From Microgenomates group bacterium RIFCSPHIGHO2_01_FULL_45_11 (GTDB lineage Bacteria; Patescibacteriota; Microgenomatia; UBA1400; 2-01-FULL-45-11), in the NCBI GenBank assembly GCA_001803465.1, contig MHDE01000007.1, positions 7,445 to 43,360 on the forward strand: a DNA stretch of 35,916 nucleotides, read 5' to 3'. The notes under the pieces were generated by a model, which had not been told where the DNA came from, did not search any database, and worked only from the letters and a program-made list of their open reading frames with translations. The position numbers and the translations under genes were made by a program. This document shows positions 24,621 to 34,285 of the stretch, in pieces. Numbering within the stretch: the first letter of the stretch is position 1; each line of letters begins with the position of its first letter.

Positions 24621-26678
24621 ATGGCTGCGATAACATCCAAGACGCCTGTGGAGAAACTGCCGATGGTGGGGCCGACCTTCGCCAAACGGTTGGCCAAGCT
24701 CGAGATACGTACGGTGGAGGATCTTATCTACCACGTTCCCCATCGATACCTTGATGTATCGATGGTAAGCCAGATTGGCCAAGTGCAAGCAGGGGAGACG
24801 GTAACTGTTACCGGCCAAGTGGTGGCGGCTAAGAATATCTTTACCAAGCGGGGAAAAAGAATTCAAGAGGTGACAATTAGCGACGGCACTGGCCAGCTGA
24901 CCGCCGTTTGGTTTAACCAACCATATTTGGTGACGACATTTAAAAAGGCTGGAAAAATTTCTCTGGCTGGGACGGTGGACCGGTTTGGAGCGAAACTATC
25001 GATGACGACGCCGGAGTACGAGATAATCACAAGAAACAAGAAACAAGAAACAAGAAACAAACTTGGGAGCATCCATACCGGTAGGTTGGTGCCTATCTAC
25101 CCGGAAACATATGGGGTGAGTTCCAAGTGGTTACGATCAAGAATTGCTCCGATTTTAATTGACGCTAACGTCCTAATTGCCGATTGGCTACCAGAACCGA
25201 TTCGGACGAGGGAAAAATTGTTGCCATTGCCTCAAGCATTAATTAGTATCCATTTTCCTGACAATGAGACAGCTATCGACACTGCTCGTAAACGGCTGGC
25301 GTTTGATGAATTATTCCTCTTACAACTGGCGTCACAAAAACGCAAGTGGCTGTGGCAAAAGGTAAAACTCTCTCATCCGTTAGCGGTCGATCAGGAAAAG
25401 GTCTCGCAACTTATCGCCGCCCTCCCCTTTAACCTGACTTTAGCCCAAAACCGAGTGGTGAAAGAAATTCTGTCTGATTTAGGCCGATCGCTACCCATGA
25501 ATCGTCTACTGCAAGGTGATGTGGGCTCGGGCAAAACCGTGGTGGCCGCCATCGCCATGTATGTGGCGTATCTTAATAACCTTAAGTCGGCTCTCTTGGC
25601 GCCTACCGAAATTTTAGCCCTGCAGCATGCACAGACGCTCAATACTATTTTGGAGCCGAAAGGATTGACACTGTCTACCCAGACTGGGAGTCGAAAAGAT
25701 AAACTGGAGAACGCTAATATCTTTATCGGCACTCATGCCTTACTCTACAGAGATATCCCTAAAGAATTAGGTTTACTGGTCGTTGACGAACAGCACCGGT
25801 TTGGGGTAGAACAGCGGGCTAAACTGCTTAAAGCTTCGAAAACGCCTCACCTTTTGACTATGACCGCTACGCCTATCCCCCGCACCATTGCCTTAACTAT
25901 CTATGGTGAGCTGGATCTGTCGCTTGTTGACGAGATGCCATCGGGAAGGAAAGCAGTGAAGACCTGGGTGGTACCTCAACTCAAACGTTTACGGGGCTAT
26001 GACTGGATTAGAAAACAAATTCAGGAAGATAAAGTGCAGGTGTTTATCGTTTGCCCGTTAATTGAAGAGTCGGAAAGCGAAGGCCTCACCCAAGTCAAGG
26101 CGGCGGAGGCGGAATTCAAACGTTTGTCAAAAGAAGTGTTTCCTGACTTACGACTAGGCCTATTGCACGGACGGATGCGGTCTAAGGAAAAAACGGCGGT
26201 GATAAGTGAATTTTTGCAGAAAAAATTAGATATTTTGGTCAGTACGCCGGTCATTGAAGTGGGGATTGATATTCCCAACGCTACCATAATGGTGATTGAA
26301 GGAGCGGAGCGATTCGGGTTGGCGCAACTCCACCAACTGCGGGGTCGGGTGGGCAGGGCAGAAAAACAAAGTTATTGTCTATTGTTTACCAGTAAGAATG
26401 GGGGAGCGACGCAGCGGCTAAAGGCGATGGAAAAAACTCAATCGGGATTTACCCTAGCGGAACTCGATCTAAAACTGCGCGGGCCGGGAGAACTGTATGG
26501 ACTCCGTCAACACGGCTATCTTCGACTCAAGGTGGCTAATTTTTCTGATCAAGCGCTAATGTCCAAAACTCATGATTATGCCCGGGAGCTTTGCTCTTAT
26601 GACCCTGACTTAAAAAAATACCCGGCCTTAGCTAAGAAACTAGACTTAATTTTGTCAGCCCAAATTGAGCCAAATTAG
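24621..26678 (+). CDS. recG: ATP-dependent DNA helicase RecG
   Basis: RLLQGDVGSGKT, DEQHRFGV, MTATPIPRT, QLHQLRGRVGR and DLKLRGPGE motifs. Confidence 0.97.
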   Translation: MAAITSKTPVEKLPMVGPTFAKRLAKLEIRTVEDLIYHVPHRYLDVSMVSQIGQVQAGETVTVTGQVVAAKNIFTKRGKRIQEVTISDGTGQLTAVWFNQPYLVTTFKKAGKISLAGTVDRFGAKLSMTTPEYEIITRNKKQETRNKLGSIHTGRLVPIYPETYGVSSKWLRSRIAPILIDANVLIADWLPEPIRTREKLLPLPQALISIHFPDNETAIDTARKRLAFDELFLLQLASQKRKWLWQKVKLSHPLAVDQEKVSQLIAALPFNLTLAQNRVVKEILSDLGRSLPMNRLLQGDVGSGKTVVAAIAMYVAYLNNLKSALLAPTEILALQHAQTLNTILEPKGLTLSTQTGSRKDKLENANIFIGTHALLYRDIPKELGLLVVDEQHRFGVEQRAKLLKASKTPHLLTMTATPIPRTIALTIYGELDLSLVDEMPSGRKAVKTWVVPQLKRLRGYDWIRKQIQEDKVQVFIVCPLIEESESEGLTQVKAAEAEFKRLSKEVFPDLRLGLLHGRMRSKEKTAVISEFLQKKLDILVSTPVIEVGIDIPNATIMVIEGAERFGLAQLHQLRGRVGRAEKQSYCLLFTSKNGGATQRLKAMEKTQSGFTLAELDLKLRGPGELYGLRQHGYLRLKVANFSDQALMSKTHDYARELCSYDPDLKKYPALAKKLDLILSAQIEPN
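25031..25058. repeat. (AAGAAAC)x4 heptamer tract inside recG
   Basis: Four exact copies, encoding the RNKKQETRN segment. Confidence 0.9.
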
Positions 26679-26738
26679 AAATGGTGATAAGCGGATTTTT
26701 CCTGGATGTGATACAATTAGTTACCTCAAGGAGAATTT

Positions 26739-26900
26739 ATGGGAGCGTTACCGAAACGAAAGATAAGTAGCCATCGACAAGGTAAGCGGCGAAGAGCAAT
26801 TTTTCTTCGGCCGGTAAACTTGACTACTTGTAAAAACTGCGGCAAGCCCAAACGACCACATCAGACCTGTGGCCATTGTGGTTTTTATCAGGCTACCTAG
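26739..26900 (+). CDS. rpmF: 50S ribosomal protein L32 (zinc-binding form)
   Basis: MGALPKRKISSHRQGKRR...CKNCG...HQTCGHCGFY. SD AAGGAG. Below the ORF track size cutoff. Confidence 0.95.
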   Translation: MGALPKRKISSHRQGKRRRAIFLRPVNLTTCKNCGKPKRPHQTCGHCGFYQAT

Positions 26901-26967
26901 TACTCCCAGCTTGGATGTTCATTAGTCTCCTGTTTCACGCGGGAAATGATGAGTATATACTAGCGGT

Positions 26968-27336
26968 ATGAAACAGGCGGCTGACCCCAGGCACCAGAAA
27001 CGGATTCGTCTGGTGAAAGATTTATTTGCTTATAGCTTTAGTCATGGTCTAAAACCAACATCAACGATTAAAACCCTATTAGAAAACCAAGAAGAAATTG
27101 ATAGGTACATTCAGGCAGCGGCCCCCGAATGGCCGCTAACTCAAATTAATCGGGTTGACTTGAGTATCTTAAGGCTGGCCGTGCATGAATTGCTGCTTCG
27201 AAAAGTTCCCCGAAAAGTGGTGATTGACGAGGCGGTAGAACTGGCTAAAGCTTTTGGTTCCGAAGCCTCGCCTAAATTCGTTAATGGGGTGTTGGGAACG
27301 GTGGTAGAAAGGTTGACCGTCACTACTTTTGGATAA
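26968..27336 (+). CDS. nusB: Transcription antitermination factor NusB
   Basis: [23 protein letters not shown] and FVNGVLG motifs. Confidence 0.95.
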   Translation: MKQAADPRHQKRIRLVKDLFAYSFSHGLKPTSTIKTLLENQEEIDRYIQAAAPEWPLTQINRVDLSILRLAVHELLLRKVPRKVVIDEAVELAKAFGSEASPKFVNGVLGTVVERLTVTTFG

Positions 27337-27393
27337 GTTCCTACTAGGAGAAGGAACGAATTTGAAGTTAAATACTTAAATAGAACCAGCTGG

Positions 27394-27434
27394 GCTGTAT
27401 GTAACGTTAAGGATCAGTTATTATATCTTGTTAT
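27394..27434 (+). repeat. About 42-bp upstream repeat, copy 1
   Basis: GCTGTATGTAACGTTAAGGATCAGTTATTATATCTTGTTAT, ending in the acpP ATG. Confidence 0.8.
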
Positions 27435-27672
27435 GGATCAACAGCAAAAAAAGACTCTTTATCAGTTGATTGTCAATACTCTCGGGTGTAATCCCGGCCA
27501 ATTATCTCAAGGAACCGAATTTGGGGCGGATTTGAACGCCAGTCCTTTAGAAATGGAACGATTGGTAAGTTTGATTGAGCGCGAATTTGATATAGAATTA
27601 TCTGCCACTAAACCAGGTGAGTTGATGAATATTGGACAATTGGTCACTGACATCGAAGAGGCGATGTTGTAA
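27433..27672 (+). CDS. acpP: Acyl carrier protein-like (degenerate phosphopantetheine motif)
   Basis: 79 aa, acidic, DLNASPLE...IEREFDIE pattern, upstream of rnc. Confidence 0.75.
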   Translation: MDQQQKKTLYQLIVNTLGCNPGQLSQGTEFGADLNASPLEMERLVSLIEREFDIELSATKPGELMNIGQLVTDIEEAML

Positions 27673-27688
27673 CTGGAACCAGTCCAGG

Positions 27689-27782
27689 GCTGTGTGTAAT
27701 GTTAAGGAAGAAACTATTGTATCTTGTTATAAACAGCTACGCTGTATGTAACGTTAAGGAAGAAACTATTGTATCTTGTTAT
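27689..27782 (+). repeat. 42-bp upstream repeat, copies 2 and 3 (52-bp spacing)
   Basis: GCTGTRTGTAAYGTTAAGGAAGAAACTATTGTATCTTGTTAT at 27689 and 27741. The last copy ends in the rnc ATG. Confidence 0.85.
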
Positions 27783-28446
27783 GAAAGCTAGGGTGCCGGC
27801 TATCAACCAAAAACTCCTGACTATCGCTTTGACCCACCGGTCGTATCTTAACGAGCATAAAACCGTCAAAGAACACAACGAGCGTTTGGAGTTTTTGGGT
27901 GATGCAGTATTGGAACTAGTAACCAGTCAGTACATCTTTGAGAAATACCCGGATAAACCTGAAGGGGAAATGACGGCGCTAAGGTCGGCTTTGGTGCGCA
28001 CCACCACGTTGGCCGAAGTAGCTGAAAAACTTAAGTTAGGAGACCAATTACGTCTAAGCCGGGGTGAGGCGGCTTCCGGGGGAAGGGAAAATCGGGCACT
28101 TCTCGCTAACACTTTTGAAGCGGTACTCGGGGCGTTGTACCTGGATCAGGATCTAACCGCAGTCAGAGAATTTTTGACAACCTGGCTCTTTCCAGAACTG
28201 GCTACTATTGTTACTAAGGAGCTCTACCGGGATTATAAGAGCACCTTACAAGAAGAAGTCCAGGCTGAAGGACAACCATCACCGGTGTATGAAGTGGTGA
28301 GTGAAGTTGGACCCGACCATGATAAGCAATTTACGATCAGGGTGATGGTGGGGACCAGAGAGTTGGCTGCTGGTTCGGGTAAAAGCAAGCAGGCTGGCCA
28401 GCAAGAGGCCGCCCGAAGAGCGCTTGAGAAACTGGCGAAGGGTTGA
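27781..28446 (+). CDS. rnc: Ribonuclease III
   Basis: ALTHRSY, NERLEFLGDAVL and dsRBD (DYKSTLQE...GKSKQ). ATG 27781. Confidence 0.97.
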   Translation: MKARVPAINQKLLTIALTHRSYLNEHKTVKEHNERLEFLGDAVLELVTSQYIFEKYPDKPEGEMTALRSALVRTTTLAEVAEKLKLGDQLRLSRGEAASGGRENRALLANTFEAVLGALYLDQDLTAVREFLTTWLFPELATIVTKELYRDYKSTLQEEVQAEGQPSPVYEVVSEVGPDHDKQFTIRVMVGTRELAAGSGKSKQAGQQEAARRALEKLAKG

Positions 28447-28474
28447 TACAATCGGAGTTTACTGGTAAATCGTT

Positions 28475-28711
28475 ATGCTCAAAATTAAATTGTCTCGCAC
28501 TGGCAAACGAAATGAGCCGCACTATCGGATAGTCGTCGCCGAAGCCCGGTCTAAAAATCAGGGGCGGGTGGTAGCTGCTTTAGGCCATTACAATCCGCGG
28601 ACAAACCCGAGCACCTTGGTGATTGATAAAATTCAATATCAAAAGTGGCTAGCGGTAGGAGCACAACCGACAGCCAGTGTTCATAAATTAATAAGCAAGG
28701 CAACCTCATGA
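28475..28711 (+). CDS. rpsP: 30S ribosomal protein S16
   Basis: MLKIKLSRTGKRNEPHYRIVV...LGHYNP...GAQPT. Confidence 0.96.
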   Translation: MLKIKLSRTGKRNEPHYRIVVAEARSKNQGRVVAALGHYNPRTNPSTLVIDKIQYQKWLAVGAQPTASVHKLISKATS

Positions 28712-29091
28712 AAGACCTATTAACTTTAATTCTTACTAACATTACTACCCATCCGGACAAAGCCCAAGTTGACCAAACTCAAGAGGACGGAGTGGACGTT
28801 TACACTATTACTGTTGAGCCGGATGATATGGGTCGGGTAATTGGTAAGAGCGGTAAAGTAATTAGGGCCATCCGCACTTTGGTATATGTAGCCGGAATTC
28901 GGAGCGGAACCCGAGCCAGAGTCAAGCTTAATGCCGGAGAAGAGGTAGCCGGTCAAGAACCTTCGGCTTTGGGAGCTAGCGGGCAAACGTTAGAAGACGA
29001 GATTGACCTGAGTGAAGAATTGCCTCAAGAAAAACAGGAGGAGAAAGCTACCGAAGTCACTCCTCAAGAAACAGACGATACTAAGGAGTAG
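28708..29091 (+). CDS. khpA: KH-domain RNA-binding protein KhpA with an acidic tail
   Basis: DMGRVIGKSGKVIRAIRTL; directly after rpsP with an ATGA overlap. Confidence 0.88.
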   Translation: MKDLLTLILTNITTHPDKAQVDQTQEDGVDVYTITVEPDDMGRVIGKSGKVIRAIRTLVYVAGIRSGTRARVKLNAGEEVAGQEPSALGASGQTLEDEIDLSEELPQEKQEEKATEVTPQETDDTKE

Positions 29092-29120
29092 CGTCGAAGA
29101 TTTCGGGCTTGGCAGCCTGG

Positions 29121-29882
29121 TTAGAAGGAAAAGGGGTTGGGACGAGGCTCGGTGGCCGGAATGGCGCCAAAAGTAGCCACAAATTCAAGGTTTTCCAAAG
29201 TCGACATCATTGCCTGTTGGTTAGAGGTGATCTCGGGAAGGGGAGCATCGATAGCCGTTAAGTTGGCAGAAGGCAGGGAATAATAGGCGATTAGTTCGGC
29301 TTGAGCGCGGATAAGGTCGATGGGAGTTTCGGGATTAGCATTTCGGTTCAGGATTAAAGTTTTGGGCTGCAACAGCGGCCTAGTTTGGATAAGCAAGCCA
29401 AATAAGTTGAGCATTTGCGACTTGTCGCCGGTGACTCCAGCGGAAATATCCATCTCGGCTGTTTGACCGGGAACGGGAGCTTGACTAACCTGCTTCTGAG
29501 TGGCGCTGTCCGTGGCTAAGGGACCGGGAGAAAAAGAGATGTCGTTAATAAAAGCTTGGGCTTTCTGAGCTTGGGCTTGAATAGAGGCTAGGGTTAAGAA
29601 GACCGGTTTTTCCGAAGGCAAAACGGTTTCCAAAAAGGCCACCTGACTATTGAGGCTGTCAAGATTGAGGCCTTGAAGGAAGTCGACTTTAGCAGCAATC
29701 GCTGCCAATTTTTCCCTGGCAGTAATGATCTCTTGACGGTTACTCAAAATCGATTTTAGCTGGGGGATGGCTATAAAGGGAACGGAAATGATAATGGCCA
29801 GAACGATAAGTAAGGGTAATCCCCAGATTTTAAGCCAGGTTTTGGCTTCGTCGCGAGAGTAAGCGGGAAGTGGTTCAATCAT
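29121..29882 (-). CDS. PilO-like type IV pilus alignment protein
   Basis: N-terminal TM plus coiled coil, LPSEK motif, position after pilM and pilN. Confidence 0.65.
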   Translation of the reverse strand: MIEPLPAYSRDEAKTWLKIWGLPLLIVLAIIISVPFIAIPQLKSILSNRQEIITAREKLAAIAAKVDFLQGLNLDSLNSQVAFLETVLPSEKPVFLTLASIQAQAQKAQAFINDISFSPGPLATDSATQKQVSQAPVPGQTAEMDISAGVTGDKSQMLNLFGLLIQTRPLLQPKTLILNRNANPETPIDLIRAQAELIAYYSLPSANLTAIDAPLPEITSNQQAMMSTLENLEFVATFGAIPATEPRPNPFSF

Positions 29883-29885
29883 CGG

Positions 29886-30506
29886 TTAATTACCTTCCTT
29901 TTCATCTGAAACTGTCGTGGCCGGAGAGGGCGTCGGATTTGGTTGAGGAAAGGCTATTTCCTCCTTGGAAAGAGTGATGCGGGCGAGGTACTCGGCTGTC
30001 TCATTACGGCTGGTCGACTCGATAGCGATGGTTTTAAAAAGAGCTTTAAGAGGTGAAGTTTTTAGGGCTTCGACGAGGTTATAAAAGCGAAAAACGTCAG
30101 TGGCTATGGCGGACAGGTTAACAGAATTTTCATCCTTGAAAGTTAGGTTTTGCAACGTCACTCCCTCGGGCATGGTGTCGAAGGCAGCAGCAAGAATGGT
30201 TGGTACATCGGCCCGACTGGAAATGATTTGGTTAGCTAACTTGAGTTTGGTGTGTACTAAAAGGTATTTGACCTCGGTAGCGCTAAGGGATTGGAGGACT
30301 TGTTTCTCTTTGTTAATTTTTTGGTTCAACGAGGCCAGCTGGATGCTGACAAAAACACGGAAGGCCACTAGAGGAATTAGGATGCCCAGGTAGGTTAAGA
30401 TAATGACCGTACTGATCATGATAATTTTCCGGTGTGACTCCCGTTGGCGGGTGAGGCTGGCTTGACGGCGGGATAAAAGGTTGACTGAAAAAGAATCTTG
30501 AGGCAT
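29886..30506 (-). CDS. PilN-like protein
   Basis: N-terminal VNLL motif, TM segment, coiled coil, MPEGVTL. Confidence 0.72.
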   Translation of the reverse strand: MPQDSFSVNLLSRRQASLTRQRESHRKIIMISTVIILTYLGILIPLVAFRVFVSIQLASLNQKINKEKQVLQSLSATEVKYLLVHTKLKLANQIISSRADVPTILAAAFDTMPEGVTLQNLTFKDENSVNLSAIATDVFRFYNLVEALKTSPLKALFKTIAIESTSRNETAEYLARITLSKEEIAFPQPNPTPSPATTVSDEKEGN

Positions 30507-30507
30507 T

Positions 30508-31536
30508 TTACTCCACGGTTTTCATGGCTAAACCGGTAGCGATGGCAAAGGTAGCCACTTCCTGGGAAAAGGCGCTGCCGCTTCTGACTTCCATAGCTTC
30601 AAAGGGATTGCCGATAGCGACTTCGACTGAAAGGGAATTGGCCAGGAAGGCGACGATGCCAGGTAAATAAGCGCCGCCGCCGGTAACGATGACTGATTTC
30701 AGGTTGGTTTCTGGCCTTTCGGAGCGAAAATATTGAATGGTTTTTCTGACTTCGCCGACCAGGGAATTAAAAACGGGCAGAAGAGAATTTCTGACCTTGC
30801 CTTCTAACTGATTTTCCATTAAACCATAAGAGCGTTTGTATTCCTCGGCATGAGACGGATCCAGGCCTAAACTTTTTTCGACGGCTCTGGTTAAGGCCAA
30901 GCCGCCGGTGGGTACGGAGTGAGTGGTAACAATAAAACCGTCATCAATGATGACTAAGTCTGTCGAGAGAGCGCTGATATTGGTGATGACGGTGGCTCCA
31001 GATTGATTAGTTTTGGCGGAAAACACCCGGGAAAGGGCAATGAGGGAGGTTTCCAGGCCGGCCGGTTCGACGCCAACCCTCTCCATCAAGGTTACCAATT
31101 GGTTGACTCTACTTTTACTAGCGGCGGCCAAAAGCACGGTCATTTTTTCTTCGCCGCTGCCTTTGGGTGGGCGGCGCAAAACCGTGTATTCCAGGTTGAC
31201 TTCGTCCAAGGACACCGGAATATGCTGTTCGGCTTCCCATTGAATGGCCGAGGATAATTCGGCGTCGGTCAAAATGGGCATGGTAACGACGCTGGTAAAA
31301 GCTTCAGTTTCAGGTAAGGCTAAAAAGACGGGTTGGCCCAAAACTTTTTGCTCTGCCAAGAGTTTTTTGATGGTTTCGGCTAACTGGACGGTGCCGGCTT
31401 CCTCTTTGGGTAAGACTTGACCGACGGGGTTATAGGCGCTGCCTAAACTTCTAACGACAAACTTGCCTCCCTGGTGGTCGAGGCCAACAAGTTTGATGGC
31501 ATAGGAACCGATGTCTAGTCCGACGGTAACGGCCAT
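30508..31536 (-). CDS. pilM: Type IV pilus assembly protein PilM
   Basis: VGLDIGSYAIK, WEAEQHIP, VTGGGA, NPF and AIATGLAMK (actin-like fold). Confidence 0.92.
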   Translation of the reverse strand: MAVTVGLDIGSYAIKLVGLDHQGGKFVVRSLGSAYNPVGQVLPKEEAGTVQLAETIKKLLAEQKVLGQPVFLALPETEAFTSVVTMPILTDAELSSAIQWEAEQHIPVSLDEVNLEYTVLRRPPKGSGEEKMTVLLAAASKSRVNQLVTLMERVGVEPAGLETSLIALSRVFSAKTNQSGATVITNISALSTDLVIIDDGFIVTTHSVPTGGLALTRAVEKSLGLDPSHAEEYKRSYGLMENQLEGKVRNSLLPVFNSLVGEVRKTIQYFRSERPETNLKSVIVTGGGAYLPGIVAFLANSLSVEVAIGNPFEAMEVRSGSAFSQEVATFAIATGLAMKTVE

Positions 31537-31598
31537 AAAATGCTCCTCGTTAATTGGGTTGGGAATAGGCTGGGCAGGTTAGAGTTCATAGGTAAAGG

Positions 31599-32411
31599 CT
31601 ATTGAATGAGGCTGGAACCGGAAAAAACAACATAATCAAAAATTGAGGGAATAAAGGGGTTGGTGCGGGTAGTCAGAATGGCCCTGGTTTCTCCGGTTAG
31701 GGCCTTGGTGCCTTCGGATTCGATGTTATATTGTTGGGGAGGGAAGCTAGCTACCCAACCTCCTCGTGGAGTTATCCGAATGGGCATATCGGCATAGGTG
31801 GCTCGGATACGAAGAAGGACATCATTACTCGTAAAACCAGGGACAAGGCCAAACCCTAGTGCCAGCCTCCAAGCGCTACCGGGTGGGGCGATTACGAAAG
31901 TGTCGATAAAATTGTCTCCGGAGACACAGCCGGCACCTATAAAACCCCAGCGTCTGACCGTCGGGCCGGCCGCGTTGTAAATGGCCACCACAATCCCGCC
32001 GGCAGAGCAGCCAGCGGTTGGTTCTCCCCAATCAATCCAAAGGCCGTCGGTGCCGCTGACACCGCTGACATTAACGTCAATGGTGTGGCCTTGGGGGACG
32101 ATGACTTCTAAAATATCATCCTTCTCTATTTGGTAATCGTAGGTCAAGCTGTCGGGGACGCTAAAGGTATAGGGGGCGGGATTATAGACGTCGCCGATAT
32201 AGGGGAGATCGGGCAAGGGCGTAGCCAGACCCAAGGCACTTTCGATGCCGGCTTCGGCGGCATTAAAGACCCTGGTGGTTTCCTCTTCTTTTCTGGAAAC
32301 AGAAACGTCTTCGGTGGTTCTAGTGGCCACGGAAATGCCGATAGTTAAAATCACTGCCATAAACAATAAAATAATAAGGGCAATTTGGCCCCGATTTGAT
32401 TCTTTTACCAT
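31599..32411 (-). CDS. PilX-like minor pilin
   Basis: RG|QIALIILL leader without Glu5, FNAAEAGIE motif. Start ATG 32411. Confidence 0.78.
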   Translation of the reverse strand: MVKESNRGQIALIILLFMAVILTIGISVATRTTEDVSVSRKEEETTRVFNAAEAGIESALGLATPLPDLPYIGDVYNPAPYTFSVPDSLTYDYQIEKDDILEVIVPQGHTIDVNVSGVSGTDGLWIDWGEPTAGCSAGGIVVAIYNAAGPTVRRWGFIGAGCVSGDNFIDTFVIAPPGSAWRLALGFGLVPGFTSNDVLLRIRATYADMPIRITPRGGWVASFPPQQYNIESEGTKALTGETRAILTTRTNPFIPSIFDYVVFSGSSLIQ

Positions 32412-32468
32412 TACCTTTCCATTGTAGCCACTGACGCGGCTTGTAGTCAATGAGCTCTGAAAATGAAT

Positions 32469-32975
32469 TTAGTAAGTTCTTAATAAGGTGGTGGTGACAA
32501 AGGTTTCCCGGACTACATCTGACGGTCGGGCGCCAGTTTCGCCGCGCTGCAGGGTAAAGGTGATACCGACTTTGGGTGGGGTAAAAACGGTACCGGCGAT
32601 GCAGGTAAAAGATAAGTTGCTGGCGATAATATTACTGGCAGTCAAGTATAAACCGGCGTTGAGTTGAATCCGGTTCGGGGTAACACTAGTATCAATTTGG
32701 ATAGTGTAAGTAGTCGGTGGGGTAGTGTTTTTGACGATATCTAACTGGGTGGCGGGGGAGCCACCGACGCAGGTGACCGTATCGGCATTTCTAACTAAGC
32801 GCTCAATTTGGGCCAGGGCATAGTCGCCGCTACTTCTGACTTCATTTAGACGGGCGGCTTTGCTGCCGCCTTGGACGCTGGTTAAAAATAAATTGACCGT
32901 GGCTACGGCTAAAATAGCGGTTAAAGTAACCACTACTAAGACTTCGATGAGGGTATAACCGTAAACTAACTTCAT
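32469..32975 (-). CDS. Minor pilin (PilW/GspJ-like)
   Basis: G|YTLIEVLV N-methylation motif. The start overlaps the upstream stop (TGATG). Confidence 0.82.
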   Translation of the reverse strand: MKLVYGYTLIEVLVVVTLTAILAVATVNLFLTSVQGGSKAARLNEVRSSGDYALAQIERLVRNADTVTCVGGSPATQLDIVKNTTPPTTYTIQIDTSVTPNRIQLNAGLYLTASNIIASNLSFTCIAGTVFTPPKVGITFTLQRGETGARPSDVVRETFVTTTLLRTY

Positions 32976-33481
32976 CACAAAGGATTCCACTCCTCTAAAC
33001 TGCTGGTTAAACGTGACTGAAATTGCTGTGTGCCTTCCCACCACTCGACAGTGACGATTATGTCGACCGCTTCCGGGTCAGGGTTGGCGTCTTGGTTAAC
33101 CGGAGTGATGGTTAAGAAACGTTCAAAATTGGTACCAGGGATATATTGGCTGCCGGAGCAGACGCCGGCGGTAAAGGGGGAGAAAGAGGGACCATTAAGG
33201 TCTGGCAAAGTGGGAGTGCAATAGGTGGTCATGCCCACCGGTAACCAAGTGGTGAAGGCAAACCAGCCGACCCGGTCGCGTTGTTGACGAAACCATTCCA
33301 CTCCCTCCTGGGCATAGCGGGTGGATAGGGTTTGGTCGCTACTCTTGCGGCTGGCTTTGATGCTTAGCGATAAGGAATGGACGACGGCGACCAAGACCAC
33401 GGCGGTAATGGTGGCGGCAAAGATGACTTCGATTAAAGTTTGGCCTTTAGTGGTGGTTGGTTGCGGGCGGGTTTTATTCAT
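32975..33481 (-). CDS. Minor pilin (PilV-like)
   Basis: KG|QTLIEV motif and AQEGVEW. The start overlaps the upstream stop (TAATG). Confidence 0.8.
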   Translation of the reverse strand: MNKTRPQPTTTKGQTLIEVIFAATITAVVLVAVVHSLSLSIKASRKSSDQTLSTRYAQEGVEWFRQQRDRVGWFAFTTWLPVGMTTYCTPTLPDLNGPSFSPFTAGVCSGSQYIPGTNFERFLTITPVNQDANPDPEAVDIIVTVEWWEGTQQFQSRLTSSLEEWNPL

Positions 33482-34278
33482 TAGGGTAGTTGACAACGAC
33501 AATTGGTAAAATTAGTCGTATAGGGCACGCCACCGATAAAACAGTTTGGTTGAGCAATCATCTGCATCCCACAGTTACCTACGGGTATATCGAAACACAG
33601 AAATTGTGGTGAAGGACCGCGACCACGAACATTACTGTCGGTGCCATTAGGGTCGGTGCCGACACTGGCACAGGTGGCCCCGGGAATTGTAATACAAAGC
33701 TGATCACAGGTTTGGTTAGTAGCCCCATTGGCAATAACATTGTAAAAGGGAACGGAGACGACGGGGCCGATGGAGGCCAGGCGAACATATTCGGTGGTGC
33801 CGCCTTGGCCGACGACGGGGCCGCTGCCGTTATCGGGGATGCCGGTTAAGACTTCGAAATTGAAAGTTAAGGAGTTGGTAAAAAGGACGTTAGCTTTAAA
33901 GGCAGTAGAGGAAATTAATGGACCGGTCCCGACGCCAAGGCAGATGGCTTGAGCCTGGGCAGTATTGGTGCCGCTAGTGACAATCACCCGGTAACCGTCT
34001 AGTTGAGAGCAACCGGCGGGTTTGTCGCCGGCTGTAGCCCGTTTTTGGATGGTGCGCAAGAACTCGGTGGTTTCCTGGGCGGCGTTACGGACTTGTTGCT
34101 TCTCGTTAAAGCGGCTGTAGACTGCTAAACCACCGCCCAAAAGAATGCCGGTGACGGTAACAATAACCAGGATTTCAATTAAGGTAAAGCCCTTCCTAAC
34201 TAGGTTGGACAGGATAGCACCTAATTGAAGCTTTTTCCACTGGTTAGCTGGGTAGTTAGCACTGGGCAGAAACCACAT
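33481..34278 (-). CDS. FimT/GspH-like minor pilin with a Cys-rich C-terminal extension
   Basis: KG|FTLIEIL motif and a Cys-rich tail (TCDQLC...TNCRC). Confidence 0.8.
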   Translation of the reverse strand: MWFLPSANYPANQWKKLQLGAILSNLVRKGFTLIEILVIVTVTGILLGGGLAVYSRFNEKQQVRNAAQETTEFLRTIQKRATAGDKPAGCSQLDGYRVIVTSGTNTAQAQAICLGVGTGPLISSTAFKANVLFTNSLTFNFEVLTGIPDNGSGPVVGQGGTTEYVRLASIGPVVSVPFYNVIANGATNQTCDQLCITIPGATCASVGTDPNGTDSNVRGRGPSPQFLCFDIPVGNCGMQMIAQPNCFIGGVPYTTNFTNCRCQLP

Positions 34279-34285
34279 ACGTTGT

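Noticed and set aside
27394-27782. Possible CRISPR array of about 42-bp repeats
   Set aside because: Spacing is irregular (10 nt versus a whole gene), and the repeats end in start codons.
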